Origin: a virus
Reading direction: 5' to 3' (one strand)
DNA length: 43,306 bases
IMG/VR virus record: IMGVR_UViG_3300045988_105340
Coordinates: 1 to 43,306 of that record
Shown here: positions 32,255 to 41,208 of the stretch, one piece after another
How positions within the stretch are numbered: position 1 is the first letter of the stretch
How the letters are laid out: every line of letters begins with the position of its first letter
Position numbers and translations under genes: made by a program
Notes under the pieces: generated by a model
Told to the model about the DNA's origin: nothing
The model's database searches: none
What the model saw: the letters and a program-made list of their open reading frames with translations, nothing else

Positions 32255-32681
32255 AGACGAGATTAAAAATCATGACACTAACAGTGATGATTATCTCGAA
32301 TGTTGGTTACATCAGATTACGACAAATTTGCACGATAACAAGAACAGTTGTAGCAGTTTTACGTGTTCAGAATGCTTGAGATTATCATTATTGGAATTAT
32401 TAGAAGAATATAAAAAACCTGTTAAATTATCAAAATTTGAATATGAATATTTAAAAGTTGCTAAGGAAAATGAATACAACTTTATTGCAAGAGACATTAA
32501 TAACAGATTGTATGGATTTGAAAAGCAACCTGAAAAGCGTAATTCAACGTGGGGTAGTTGTGGTGATTATGTAGGCATGTTCAAGTCAACATTTAGTTTT
32601 GTTAAATGGGAAGATGAAGAACCGTACAACATCGATGAAATATTAAGTAATTGTGAGGTTATTGAAAATGAAAAAAGATAA
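32232..32681 (+). CDS. Hypothetical protein
   Basis: The ATG at 32232 lies 9 nt after ggagg. The ORF-track start at 32196 is a TTG within the previous small ORF. Confidence 0.5.
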   Translation: MLKIEKIKDEIKNHDTNSDDYLECWLHQITTNLHDNKNSCSSFTCSECLRLSLLELLEEYKKPVKLSKFEYEYLKVAKENEYNFIARDINNRLYGFEKQPEKRNSTWGSCGDYVGMFKSTFSFVKWEDEEPYNIDEILSNCEVIENEKR

Positions 32682-32862
32682 CATTGACAATCAATTGAAG
32701 CCATGTCCATTTTGTGGCAGTAAAGTGAATTCCTACAAAGGATTTGGAGGTTTGGTTTTTATTAAATGTAGTGTATGTGGAAGTATTACTTCGTTTGATA
32801 ATGATCAGTGTAATGCTAAACCCTATAAGGCAATAAAATTATGGAATCGGAGGTTTAAATAA
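32668..32862 (+). CDS. Lar-family restriction alleviation-like zinc-ribbon protein
   Basis: LKPCPFCGSK ... CSVCG ... AIKLWNRR matches the Lar-family pattern (CPFCGG ... C..C ... A...WNRR). Confidence 0.55.
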   Translation: MKKDNIDNQLKPCPFCGSKVNSYKGFGGLVFIKCSVCGSITSFDNDQCNAKPYKAIKLWNRRFK

Positions 32863-33302
32863 TGCCTAAATATAGAAAGAAACCCGTAGTTGTAGAAGCA
32901 TGTAGATATATGATTGATATTTATATGCCTGATTGGTTTATGGATAAAGTGAAAGACAATACAATCATAATTTACGCAGATGGCACATGTGATATAAAAA
33001 CCTTAGAGGGAACAATGAAAGCTGGTTATGGTGATTACATAATAAAAGGAGTGCAAGGAGAATTATACCCTTGCAAACCCGATATTTTTCTTAAGACTTA
33101 TGAGGAGGTTGACAACGCTGAAACTCAAGAAGAAAGAAAAACTTATTTAAGCGAATATCTTAAAGAACACAATTGTTCTTACAAGGAATTTATGGAACAC
33201 CAAGAAATGTATAATGGTTTTTGTCCTGTGGGATTAGAAGAAAATCCATGTCCTGCAATGGATTGCATAGAATGTTGGAATCAAGAAGTAAAAGGAGAAT
33301 AA
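32862..33302 (+). CDS. Conserved phage hypothetical protein
   Basis: KKPVVVEACRY...TLEGTMKAGYGDYIIKGVQGELYPCKPDIFLKTYE is a pattern I recognise from many phage early regions. The function is unknown, and the C-terminal extension is Cys-rich. Confidence 0.5.
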   Translation: MPKYRKKPVVVEACRYMIDIYMPDWFMDKVKDNTIIIYADGTCDIKTLEGTMKAGYGDYIIKGVQGELYPCKPDIFLKTYEEVDNAETQEERKTYLSEYLKEHNCSYKEFMEHQEMYNGFCPVGLEENPCPAMDCIECWNQEVKGE

Positions 33303-33344
33303 TATGGAAGAACTTGTATTTAGAGATGGCGATGAGGTGGAAGT

Positions 33345-33692
33345 ATGAGTGATTCAAAATATCAAGAAGCGTTAGATAGAACTAAAGAAATATATGAAGT
33401 TATTTGTGATGAGTTAAAGAGCAAAGAATTGACAAATAAAACGAATGAGGATGTAGAAGTATTACAAGAATTAGTTGATAAAGCAACTCCTAAACGTCCA
33501 ATTTTAAATAAGATATGGGAAGATGAAGATACAAAAAACATTTATGATGAATGTGGTCGTATAAATGAACTGCTGTGCGTATGTCCTAATTGTGGTGAAA
33601 GTGCCATATACGATTTTGAATATAATAAAAGATTTAAGTATTGTTCTAATTGTGGGCAAAGGATAGATTGGAGTGTTGAAGATGACCGCTAA
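33345..33692 (+). CDS. Zinc-ribbon hypothetical protein
   Basis: CPNCGES ... CSNCGQ forms a C4 ribbon. The RBS is gaggtgg. Confidence 0.5.
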   Translation: MSDSKYQEALDRTKEIYEVICDELKSKELTNKTNEDVEVLQELVDKATPKRPILNKIWEDEDTKNIYDECGRINELLCVCPNCGESAIYDFEYNKRFKYCSNCGQRIDWSVEDDR

Positions 33693-33888
33693 AGAAATGT
33701 TTGAGGAATTAGGGTTTGAATATAAAAAGTATAACAGAGGATTTGCCTATGAATATATTGAGAACGGTAAAACAAATTTCGTTCATTTTATAACGGAACG
33801 TCAAACATATTGCACAAATGTGTACCATGTTTCATTACAATTGCATAATGCAATAACAACGCAATTAAAAGAACTGGGGTGGATTTGA
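33682..33888 (+). CDS. Hypothetical protein (68 aa)
   Basis: The ATG at 33682 follows ggagtg. The product starts MTAKEMFEELGFEY. Confidence 0.5.
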   Translation: MTAKEMFEELGFEYKKYNRGFAYEYIENGKTNFVHFITERQTYCTNVYHVSLQLHNAITTQLKELGWI

Positions 33889-34091
33889 TGGAAAATAATG
33901 TTGCTGATGAAGTGTTAGAAAAATTATGTAAAAATGGTGTAATTGTTTATGACAAGTTACCAAAAGATTGGAAAATAATAAAAGATGCAACAACTAATCC
34001 AAAAGGGTATAAATGGATTAATAATGGAAAATCACGTTTTAGTAAAAATTATAAACAAGGATTGTTAAAGGTGAAAGAAAATGTTGAGTAA
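33888..34091 (+). CDS. Hypothetical protein (67 aa)
   Basis: The ATG overlaps the previous TGA (TGATG), and ggggtgg lies upstream. Confidence 0.45.
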   Translation: MENNVADEVLEKLCKNGVIVYDKLPKDWKIIKDATTNPKGYKWINNGKSRFSKNYKQGLLKVKENVE

Positions 34092-34281
34092 AGAAACATA
34101 TGAAAAATTAATTGCATATATTAAAAAAAATTACAATCATGATGCTTGTGATTATACTTCTGAAAGATCATATGGGAATTATGATGATGTATTTTGGGAT
34201 GGTTATAGTTGTGGTGAGAGCAATACATTATATGAAATTGCTGAGCTTTTAGGGGTAGAAAATCAACTACATGGAGAATAG
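34081..34281 (+). CDS. Hypothetical protein (66 aa)
   Basis: It starts with MLSKE and shares an 18-nt start region with the next gene. Confidence 0.45.
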   Translation: MLSKETYEKLIAYIKKNYNHDACDYTSERSYGNYDDVFWDGYSCGESNTLYEIAELLGVENQLHGE

Positions 34282-34287
34282 TATAAA

Positions 34288-34671
34288 ATGTTGAGTAAAG
34301 AAGAATTGTTAAAATATAAATTTGAACTAGAAGTTGCCTATGACGGACTTGGAAGAGGTTTAGATATTGCTGATGTTAAAGACGCAATAAGTTTAGGTAT
34401 AGTAGGATATGAAAAAATGCTTAACTTATTATTTAATCCTAAACCATACAAACTTGAAGATTTAAAAGAGGATATGTTGGTGTGGGATGATATTGAAAAA
34501 CTTATTTGCCAAATCGGATTAATTTCTAAAAATGCAATTCATAGAAAATATATTGATGGTACTATATCAGATAGTCCGTTTGAAGAAAAACGTTTCTTTC
34601 CAGTGCAATACGCTAATTTAATTAAAATGGGAGTGAAAGATGATGGAACACAAAAAAGTACTGATGATTAA
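34288..34671 (+). CDS. Hypothetical protein (127 aa)
   Basis: ORF starting MLSKE. No motif recognised. Confidence 0.5.
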   Translation: MLSKEELLKYKFELEVAYDGLGRGLDIADVKDAISLGIVGYEKMLNLLFNPKPYKLEDLKEDMLVWDDIEKLICQIGLISKNAIHRKYIDGTISDSPFEEKRFFPVQYANLIKMGVKDDGTQKSTDD

Positions 34672-34801
34672 ATTATTGAATCTTTATGAGCAGAGGCAGT
34701 TTGTTAAACCTAAATGTTCAAAAATCATCATTGATGAATATATTAGAAAATTGGAGATTGAGTTGGGGGTACTGCTTAACAATGGTAAAAACGATTACTA
34801 A
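34640..34801 (+). CDS. Possible 53-aa ORF bridging two genes (uncertain)
   Basis: The RBS is gggagtgaaagATG. The product is MMEHKKVLMIKLLNLYEQRQFVKPKCSKIIIDEYIRKLEIELGVLLNNGKNDY. It competes with the 5' extension of the 34686 ORF. Confidence 0.25.
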   Translation: MMEHKKVLMIKLLNLYEQRQFVKPKCSKIIIDEYIRKLEIELGVLLNNGKNDY

Positions 34802-35342
34802 AAAAGAAGCTGAACAGCTTATCAATGATACTGTTTCAAAAACGGTCGAAGAACTGATGAAACAAAAGTTAATCAAGAAGAAGGATTTGAACACGTATCA
34901 AAAAACAGAACAGATCCTTTATAACTACAATAATTTTAAAAATGTTGTAAAGGATAAACAGGAAATGATAGAACAGATTAAACAAGTTGGAATATCTAAA
35001 ACAAGCTGTTCTTTCATTCCTATGCCACAAGATACAGGTTATAAATATATTCCAAGTGAAGAAGAAAAAAAAGATAATGAAATAACTGTACTCGAAGCAT
35101 CTATTGCAGTTACCAAGAACTATATTAGGATTATAGACAATGCGCTTAAAACAATAGCTGATGATCCTTATTACAAAGTGATTGAAGATTGCTATTTCAA
35201 TGGCAAGAAGTATTCAACAGTTGCTAATGAATGGGCATTTCCAATTAGTGATGTTGCAATTGGTAAGAATAAAAACAGGTTAGTAAAGAAGTTATCAATC
35301 TACCTGTTCTCTGATGATGTAATTAAAGAATTGTATTCATAA
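34782..35342 (+). CDS. Putative late-gene transcriptional activator (ArpU/RinA/sigma-like)
   Basis: It is the last gene before the non-coding region and terS, the usual location of ArpU/RinA-type regulators in Gram-positive phages. The start is uncertain (34686 or 34782). The family call is mainly positional. Confidence 0.45.
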   Translation: MVKTITKKEAEQLINDTVSKTVEELMKQKLIKKKDLNTYQKTEQILYNYNNFKNVVKDKQEMIEQIKQVGISKTSCSFIPMPQDTGYKYIPSEEEKKDNEITVLEASIAVTKNYIRIIDNALKTIADDPYYKVIEDCYFNGKKYSTVANEWAFPISDVAIGKNKNRLVKKLSIYLFSDDVIKELYS

Positions 35343-35344
35343 AA

Positions 35345-35377
35345 AAGATGTCCATATTGGGCATCTTGTTTTGTTTT
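35345..35377 (+). terminator. Rho-independent terminator ending the early/middle operon
   Basis: The stem aagatgtcc / gggcatctt (one G-U pair) has a 5-nt loop and is followed by gttttgtttt. Confidence 0.75.
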
Positions 35378-35433
35378 AAGATGATGTAATTCGTTTTCTT
35401 GACATAAGTTATTTTTAGGTTATTTTCTAGTAA

Positions 35434-35461
35434 TTTACTTATTATATTTAGATGATATAAT
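35434..35461 (+). promoter_or_regulatory. Promoter with extended -10 (TTTACT - 16 nt - TGaTATAAT)
   Basis: tgatataat at 35453..35461 is a perfect TGnTATAAT. tttact at 35434..35439 serves as a -35 element. Confidence 0.4.
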
Positions 35462-35467
35462 GATTAT

Positions 35468-35572
35468 AGTGAATAAATATAGTTAAGGTATATGTGTTGT
35501 TAGGGGTTACTCTTCACATATAAAACAGTATATAAGAACAATGGGTTATCAAATATTATGGTAGCCTTTTTT
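35468..35572 (+). ncRNA. Candidate small non-coding RNA of about 105 nt (promoter to terminator, no ORF)
   Basis: There are two hairpins. The first is tatatgtg / cacatata (35489..35522). The second is ggttatca / tggtagcc (35544..35566, two G-U pairs, so strand-specific), followed by T6. Only unsupported ORFs of 8 codons or fewer lie inside. Confidence 0.3.
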
Positions 35573-35760
35573 GTTTGCTGATTTGATACAACTATTAATT
35601 AATATTACAAATAATAATGCCAGCTATAAAACAATATTCCCGTGTGAAGTGTTTTTTCATTTTAAAATTATTCTCCTGAATTTTTATAAAATCTAATATT
35701 AATAGTTGTATCTAATGAGTGAATAAACGTGAATTAAATCAAAATGAAAGGATGTGTTGC

Positions 35761-36192
35761 ATGATGGCAACTAGAATGACAGCTAAACAAAAGCGTTTTT
35801 GTGATGAATATCTTATTGACTTGAATGCGACACAGGCAGCTATTAGGGCGGGATATTCAAAGAAAGCAGCAAGACAAGTAGGAAATGAGAACATGTCAAA
35901 ACCGTACATAAAAAATTACATTGAAGAACGTATGCAAGAAAAAGAAGATTCATTAATTGCTAAACAGGATGAAGTATTGAAGTATCTAACAAGCGTTATG
36001 CGTGGTGAATCTAAATCAAGTGTTTTAGCAATGGCTGGTGATGGTGTGCAAAAGGTCATACAAAAGCCCCCTGATGAAAGAGAAAGAACAAAGGCAGCCG
36101 AATTATTAGGTAAAAGATATAGGCTCTTCACTGACAAAGTAGAAGTTGAAGGGGCTATTCCTATTGTGATTGTAGATGATATTGATGAATAA
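35761..36192 (+). CDS. terS: Terminase small subunit (Terminase_2 / P27 family)
   Basis: TAKQKRFCDEYLIDLNATQAAIRAGYSKKAARQVGNENMSKP is the family signature. The ATG at 35761 follows gaaagga. Confidence 0.85.
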   Translation: MMATRMTAKQKRFCDEYLIDLNATQAAIRAGYSKKAARQVGNENMSKPYIKNYIEERMQEKEDSLIAKQDEVLKYLTSVMRGESKSSVLAMAGDGVQKVIQKPPDERERTKAAELLGKRYRLFTDKVEVEGAIPIVIVDDIDE

Positions 36193-37438
36193 GAACGTAA
36201 AGAAAATATCATTTAGAGAAATGGTTGGTGGTGGATATGATGAATACTTGCGTTTTAAAGGACGTTACAGGATATGCAAGGGTTCACGTGCTTCTAAAAA
36301 AAGTGCTACAACGTCATTGGACTACATCAAGAACATGATGAAGTACCCACAAGCTAATTTGCTTGTTGTTCGTAAAACAGGTAGGACACTTAAAGATAGT
36401 GTTTATACACAATTGAAATGGGCAGTTCACAAGTTCCAAGTTGATGCATTTTGGAAGTTTACTGAATCACCTTTAGAAATGACTTATTTGCCCACAGGAC
36501 AGAAGATATACTTTAGGGGATTAGATGATCCTTTAAAAGTAACGTCTATTGCTGTTGATGTGGGTGTTTTGTGTTGGATGTGGATAGAAGAAGCCTATGA
36601 AATAACAAAAGAAGATGATTTCAATATCCTTGATGAATCGATTCGTGGATCTGTTCCACCAGGATTGTGGAAACAGATTACTTTAACATTCAACCCGTGG
36701 AATGAAAAGATATGGATTAAAAAGCGTTTCTATGATACCGAACTTGATGAAGATATACTAGCAATAACAACAAACTATATGTGCAATGAGTTCCTTGATG
36801 AAGCTGATTTAAGAGTGTTTGAGCGTATGAAAAGAGATAATCCAAAACGTTATAAGGTTGCTGGTTTAGGTAATTGGGGTATTGTTGATGGCTTAGTATA
36901 TGAAAATTGGAAAGAAGAAGAATTTAACATTGATAAAGTAAGACAATTATCTACTGTTAAAAGTGCTTTTGGTTTGGACTATGGTTATACAAATGATCCA
37001 ACTGCTTTATTTTGTGGGTTAATTGATAAAACAAATAAAAAGATTTATGTTTTTGATGAAATGTATAAAAAAGGTATGTCTAATGAGCGTATTTATGAAG
37101 AAATAAGCAAAATGGGATATGCTAAAGAAAAGATTATAGCAGATAGTGCAGAGCCTAAGTCTAATGATAGATTACGAACATTAGGGCTAAGAGGTGTTAA
37201 AGGTGCTAGAAAAGGCAAAGACAGTATAAAAAACGGAATAGATTTTATACAAGACTATGAAATTATTATTCATCCTAGGTGTGTTAATTTCATTACTGAA
37301 ATAAGTAATTATCAGTGGGATAAAGACGAGTTCAACAACAAATTGAACAAGCCTATTGATGATTTTAACCACTTAATGGATGCCATGAGATATGCATTAG
37401 AAGGATATAGTAAAGGTGAAATCTATTCATGGGATTAG
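36176..37438 (+). CDS. terL: Terminase large subunit (PBSX / Terminase_3 family)
   Basis: The ATPase region is RICKGSRASKKSATTSLDYI ... LLVVRKTGRTLKDSVYTQL ... MWIEEA. The nuclease region is GLDYGYTNDPTAL ... DSAEPKS ... HLMDAMRYAL. Confidence 0.9.
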   Translation: MILMNKNVKKISFREMVGGGYDEYLRFKGRYRICKGSRASKKSATTSLDYIKNMMKYPQANLLVVRKTGRTLKDSVYTQLKWAVHKFQVDAFWKFTESPLEMTYLPTGQKIYFRGLDDPLKVTSIAVDVGVLCWMWIEEAYEITKEDDFNILDESIRGSVPPGLWKQITLTFNPWNEKIWIKKRFYDTELDEDILAITTNYMCNEFLDEADLRVFERMKRDNPKRYKVAGLGNWGIVDGLVYENWKEEEFNIDKVRQLSTVKSAFGLDYGYTNDPTALFCGLIDKTNKKIYVFDEMYKKGMSNERIYEEISKMGYAKEKIIADSAEPKSNDRLRTLGLRGVKGARKGKDSIKNGIDFIQDYEIIIHPRCVNFITEISNYQWDKDEFNNKLNKPIDDFNHLMDAMRYALEGYSKGEIYSWD

Positions 37439-37449
37439 GGGTGAAAGAA

Positions 37450-37971
37450 ATGAATGGACCAGGATATTTTAAAGGAAAAGAAATTGTAGATGTAATACAA
37501 TATAGTGATATGCATAGTGTTAGATTTAATACACCATATGCTTTTTATGTTATTTGCAAAGATGGTTCAAAATATGAAGTTAGTAGTGATGAAGCTAAAA
37601 ATCAAGCTGATTTTTTGTCTCGAAAAGAAGAAAAGAATGGCAGCATGAAAATTAATGTTTTAGGTACTGAATATGATGTTGAAATGCTAGAAGAACGTGA
37701 TGAAACAATGAAAGCGTTAAATGCAGATGGTTATACTGATATTTCTACTAAGGAAATAAAAGTTTTAAAACTAGAAGAAAAAACTGGCAATCAAAAAAAT
37801 ATTTTTAAATATCAAAATACTGTATTAAGGCATGAGATTATTCATGCTTTTTTATATGAGTGCGGAATTGACTATGATATGCAGTTTCACAATGAAGAAA
37901 GCGTTGATTTTTTTGCAATACAGTTTGATAAACTTGCAAAGATTTTTGAAGATGCTGGGTGTAAGGAGTGA
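37450..37971 (+). CDS. HExxH metallopeptidase-like protein inserted between terL and the portal gene
   Basis: The C-terminal half contains NTVLRHEIIHAFLYECG (HExxH plus downstream E). The ATG at 37450 follows aggggtg. Confidence 0.55.
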   Translation: MNGPGYFKGKEIVDVIQYSDMHSVRFNTPYAFYVICKDGSKYEVSSDEAKNQADFLSRKEEKNGSMKINVLGTEYDVEMLEERDETMKALNADGYTDISTKEIKVLKLEEKTGNQKNIFKYQNTVLRHEIIHAFLYECGIDYDMQFHNEESVDFFAIQFDKLAKIFEDAGCKE

Positions 37972-37975
37972 TTAA

Positions 37976-39487
37976 ATGCTTAATGCGATAAGAAAAGGAG
38001 TGAGTTGGTTGGATGCTAAGTTGAATAATCCATTAGAAGAAACAGCAAATAACTTGAAGTGGCTTGAATTAGAATTGGAAGCGTGGCTTAATTCTAAAGA
38101 ACGTGCGGATCAAATAAAGGCGGATATGTATTATAGAGATATACAAGATATAGCTAAATACAAGCGTATGGCAATTGGTGAGGGTGGCGAACTTGAAGAA
38201 GTTAAGAACTTACCAAATCATAAAGTAATAGATAATCAATATAAAAGGCTCGTCAATCAGAAAGTTAATCACTTGGTTGGTAAGCCTTTTACTGTTAATA
38301 CCGATAATAAAACGTATGTTGATATGTTAAATAAATATTTTAACAAGAAATTCATGAAAACATTAAAAAGTGTTGGTAAAGATGCTAATAATGGCGGTGT
38401 TTCTTATTTATATCCTTACTATGATAACAATGAATTAAAGTTTAAACGCTTTAAGTCATATGAAATCAAAGTGTTTTGGAAAGATGATGAACACAATGAA
38501 ATAGATTTCTTTTGGCGTTATTATAGAAAGCCTGTACGTTTTTCAAATGGAAGTGTTGAAGATATTCAGCATTTAGAAGTATATACATTAGAGGGTGTAC
38601 GTTATTACATCTATAAAGGCGGTACATTGCTTTATGATAAGTTGAAAGGTGCAACTACTTACAGCTATTTAACATATACTTCATCAGTTGGTAATGAGGT
38701 TGTAGAAGAACAGCATCTTTCTTTTGAAAGAATACCACTTATCCCTTTTAAGGTTAGTGACATTGAAGAACCGCTTTTAAAGCGTGTCAAATCACTTCAA
38801 GATGGTATTAATACAATTACAACTGTATTCACAAATAATATGCTTGAAGATAGTCGTAACACCATTCTTATTATTATGAATTATGATGGTGAAAATCTAG
38901 GAGAATTTAGAAGAAATCTTTCAACTTATGGTGCAATTAAGGTAAGGAACACTAATGAAGAAAAAGGTGGTGTTGATACCTTACAGATTGAAGTAAATGC
39001 TGAAAACTATAAAACAATCCTTGAAATGTTTAAAAAGGCACTTATTCAAAACGGTGGCGGTGTAGATGTTACTGAACTAAGAGCATCAGGAACGCCTAAT
39101 CAAATGAATATCCAAAGCATGTATTATGATATTGAATTAGATACCAATGATACAGAAACTGAATTTCAGTATTCTATGGAGCTGTTAAAGTGGTTTACCG
39201 ACTTTGACATCAACTATCAGGGTAAAGGTAATTTCTTTGATGAAAAAGTTGAATTTATCTTTAACAGAGATATGCTGCAAGATGAAACTTCAATTATTGA
39301 TAATTTGGTTAAATTAAAAGGTATTATTAGTGATGAAGATATTATCAAGCAGCTTCCTTTTGGTGATTCTCAAAAGTTAATTGATAATATGAAGAAACAA
39401 AAAGAAGAACAAAGGCATGAAGTATTAAAAGAGTATGCGAATGCTTTTGTAAATAATCCACAAATCAACAATGAAGGTGATGAATAA
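37976..39487 (+). CDS. Portal protein (SPP1 gp6-like)
   Basis: 503 aa, downstream of terL and upstream of a gp7-like gene. The N-terminal EWLNSKERADQIKADMYYRD is typical of SPP1-type portals. Confidence 0.85.
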   Translation: MLNAIRKGVSWLDAKLNNPLEETANNLKWLELELEAWLNSKERADQIKADMYYRDIQDIAKYKRMAIGEGGELEEVKNLPNHKVIDNQYKRLVNQKVNHLVGKPFTVNTDNKTYVDMLNKYFNKKFMKTLKSVGKDANNGGVSYLYPYYDNNELKFKRFKSYEIKVFWKDDEHNEIDFFWRYYRKPVRFSNGSVEDIQHLEVYTLEGVRYYIYKGGTLLYDKLKGATTYSYLTYTSSVGNEVVEEQHLSFERIPLIPFKVSDIEEPLLKRVKSLQDGINTITTVFTNNMLEDSRNTILIIMNYDGENLGEFRRNLSTYGAIKVRNTNEEKGGVDTLQIEVNAENYKTILEMFKKALIQNGGGVDVTELRASGTPNQMNIQSMYYDIELDTNDTETEFQYSMELLKWFTDFDINYQGKGNFFDEKVEFIFNRDMLQDETSIIDNLVKLKGIISDEDIIKQLPFGDSQKLIDNMKKQKEEQRHEVLKEYANAFVNNPQINNEGDE

Positions 39488-41208
39488 TGCCTGGTAGTGA
39501 TTATTGGAAAAAGAGATTTGAACTGCTTGAAGATACCATTAATAACAAGGGTGCGCAATATATGAAGGATTCAGAAGCAATATATCGCAAAGCCATAAGT
39601 AACACTGAAAAAGAGATTTCGAGGTGGTATACACGTTTTGCTGATAACGAAGGTATAAGCTATCAAAGAGCGGTTGAAATGCTAACTGGTGATGAATTAA
39701 AAGAATTTCATATGGATGTTAAAGAATATATACAAAAAGGAAAAACGTTAGGTGTATCTGATCAATGGTCTAAGGAATTAGAACGTGCATCTACAAAGGT
39801 CCATATTAGCAAGCTGGAAGCCTTGAAACTGCAAATGCAGCAACAGGTTGAGGAATTGACAGGAAAGAAAGCTAAGGGCATTACTGATCTTATGAGCGAT
39901 ATATATAGCGATACCTTTTATAAAACAGCTTTTGAAATTCAAAAAGGCTTTGGTGTAGCTACTAATTTTGCTAAGTTGGATAAGAAAGTTGTTGATAAGA
40001 TCCTTGTTAAACCATGGGCATCTGATGGTTCAAACTTCTCAGAACGTATTTGGGGAAGTCATAGAGCGCAGTTGGTGAACAAATTGCACGAGGGGTTAAC
40101 AATTAATCTTATACAAGGGAAACCGCCTGATAACTTAATAAAGGAGATTGCAAATACATTTGAAGTTGATAGAAAACGTGCTGCTACATTGGTATTTACT
40201 GAAAAGGCTTATTTTCAATCAATAGCACAACGTGATTCGTTCAAAAATTTAGGCATTGAAGAATATGAAATTGTTGCTACATTGGATACTAAAACATCAG
40301 AGATATGTCGAGAAATGGATGGTAGGCATTTTAAATTAAGTGACTATCAGATAGGTTTAACTGCTCCGCCTTTTCATCCGAGATGCAGAACTGCAACCGC
40401 TCCGTTCTTTGATGATGAATTTGAAGATGAAGTGAAACGTGCTGCAAGGGATGAAAATGGTGACTATTACACTGTACCAGCAAACATGAAGTATGATGAA
40501 TGGTATAGAGGGTTTGTTGAAGGAGATAAAAATACTCTTGATAAATTGAAACCAACAAAGAGTGCTAAAAAAGTTGAATCAATAAGAACGTTTGATGGTA
40601 TAATAAAAATACCTAGTAGAAGTTATGATGATATTATTGAATATATTGCTAATATCGATGATACTTCTTTTAATTCAAATGTTAAAATTAAAATTGGTGA
40701 TGAAGATAATATTTTGAAAGATATAATGGACGAAGTTGGTGCTTCGGGACTTCCAAAATCAATAAGTGAAGATGAATTTAATGTCTTAATAGAAAAGGGG
40801 CAACAGGCTTTATATCGAGGTGTTACTGATGAAAAGTTTGTAAAAGAATTTTTAGAAGGAAATGTATTTGTGGGACTAGGGGTTAATGGTAGTGGCATTT
40901 ATACATCTAGTAGTAGAAAATACGCATTAAGATATGCAAACGAAATTGATGATAATGTAATGAAAATGCTGATAGATGACAAAGCTAAAATAATACCTAT
41001 TGACAAATTATACAAAGATAAAAAATCTTTTATTAAATACATAGAATCAAAATTCAGTGGTAAAGAGAAAGATAAAATATTTAAAATCATTGCTAATAAT
41101 GGAAAATTTGCTATATTGAATGGTTATGATGTCATTGATTTTGGTATGCATAAACTTGTTTTGAATAGAACTGTATTAAAGGTGGTGAGATATGATGGAA
41201 AAAATTAA
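39487..41208 (+). CDS. Minor head protein (SPP1 gp7 / Mu F family) fused to an ADP-ribosyltransferase-like C-terminal domain
   Basis: The gp7 signature is ATLDTKTSEICREMDGRHF...APPFHPRCRTATAPF. The C-terminal roughly 200 aa carry ALYRGV (about 40809..40820) and GIYTSSS (about 40899..40913), resembling the R and S-T-S motifs of R-S-E ARTs. Confidence 0.8.
   Translation: MPGSDYWKKRFELLEDTINNKGAQYMKDSEAIYRKAISNTEKEISRWYTRFADNEGISYQRAVEMLTGDELKEFHMDVKEYIQKGKTLGVSDQWSKELERASTKVHISKLEALKLQMQQQVEELTGKKAKGITDLMSDIYSDTFYKTAFEIQKGFGVATNFAKLDKKVVDKILVKPWASDGSNFSERIWGSHRAQLVNKLHEGLTINLIQGKPPDNLIKEIANTFEVDRKRAATLVFTEKAYFQSIAQRDSFKNLGIEEYEIVATLDTKTSEICREMDGRHFKLSDYQIGLTAPPFHPRCRTATAPFFDDEFEDEVKRAARDENGDYYTVPANMKYDEWYRGFVEGDKNTLDKLKPTKSAKKVESIRTFDGIIKIPSRSYDDIIEYIANIDDTSFNSNVKIKIGDEDNILKDIMDEVGASGLPKSISEDEFNVLIEKGQQALYRGVTDEKFVKEFLEGNVFVGLGVNGSGIYTSSSRKYALRYANEIDDNVMKMLIDDKAKIIPIDKLYKDKKSFIKYIESKFSGKEKDKIFKIIANNGKFAILNGYDVIDFGMHKLVLNRTVLKVVRYDGKN

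Noticed and set aside
33304-33348. A 14-codon mini-ORF (MEELVFRDGDEVEV) with a perfect AAGGAG RBS, ATGA-coupled to the next gene.
   Set aside because: It is too short to evaluate. The RBS is formed by the end of the preceding gene. It is probably only a coupling ORF or a remnant.
35595-35660. A minus-strand 21-codon ORF (MKKHFTREYCFIAGIIICNIN) as a type I toxin.
   Set aside because: It is kept only as a remark under the ncRNA finding. The peptide is too short for a membrane span, the RBS spacing is long (11 nt), and I could not find a convincing minus-strand promoter.
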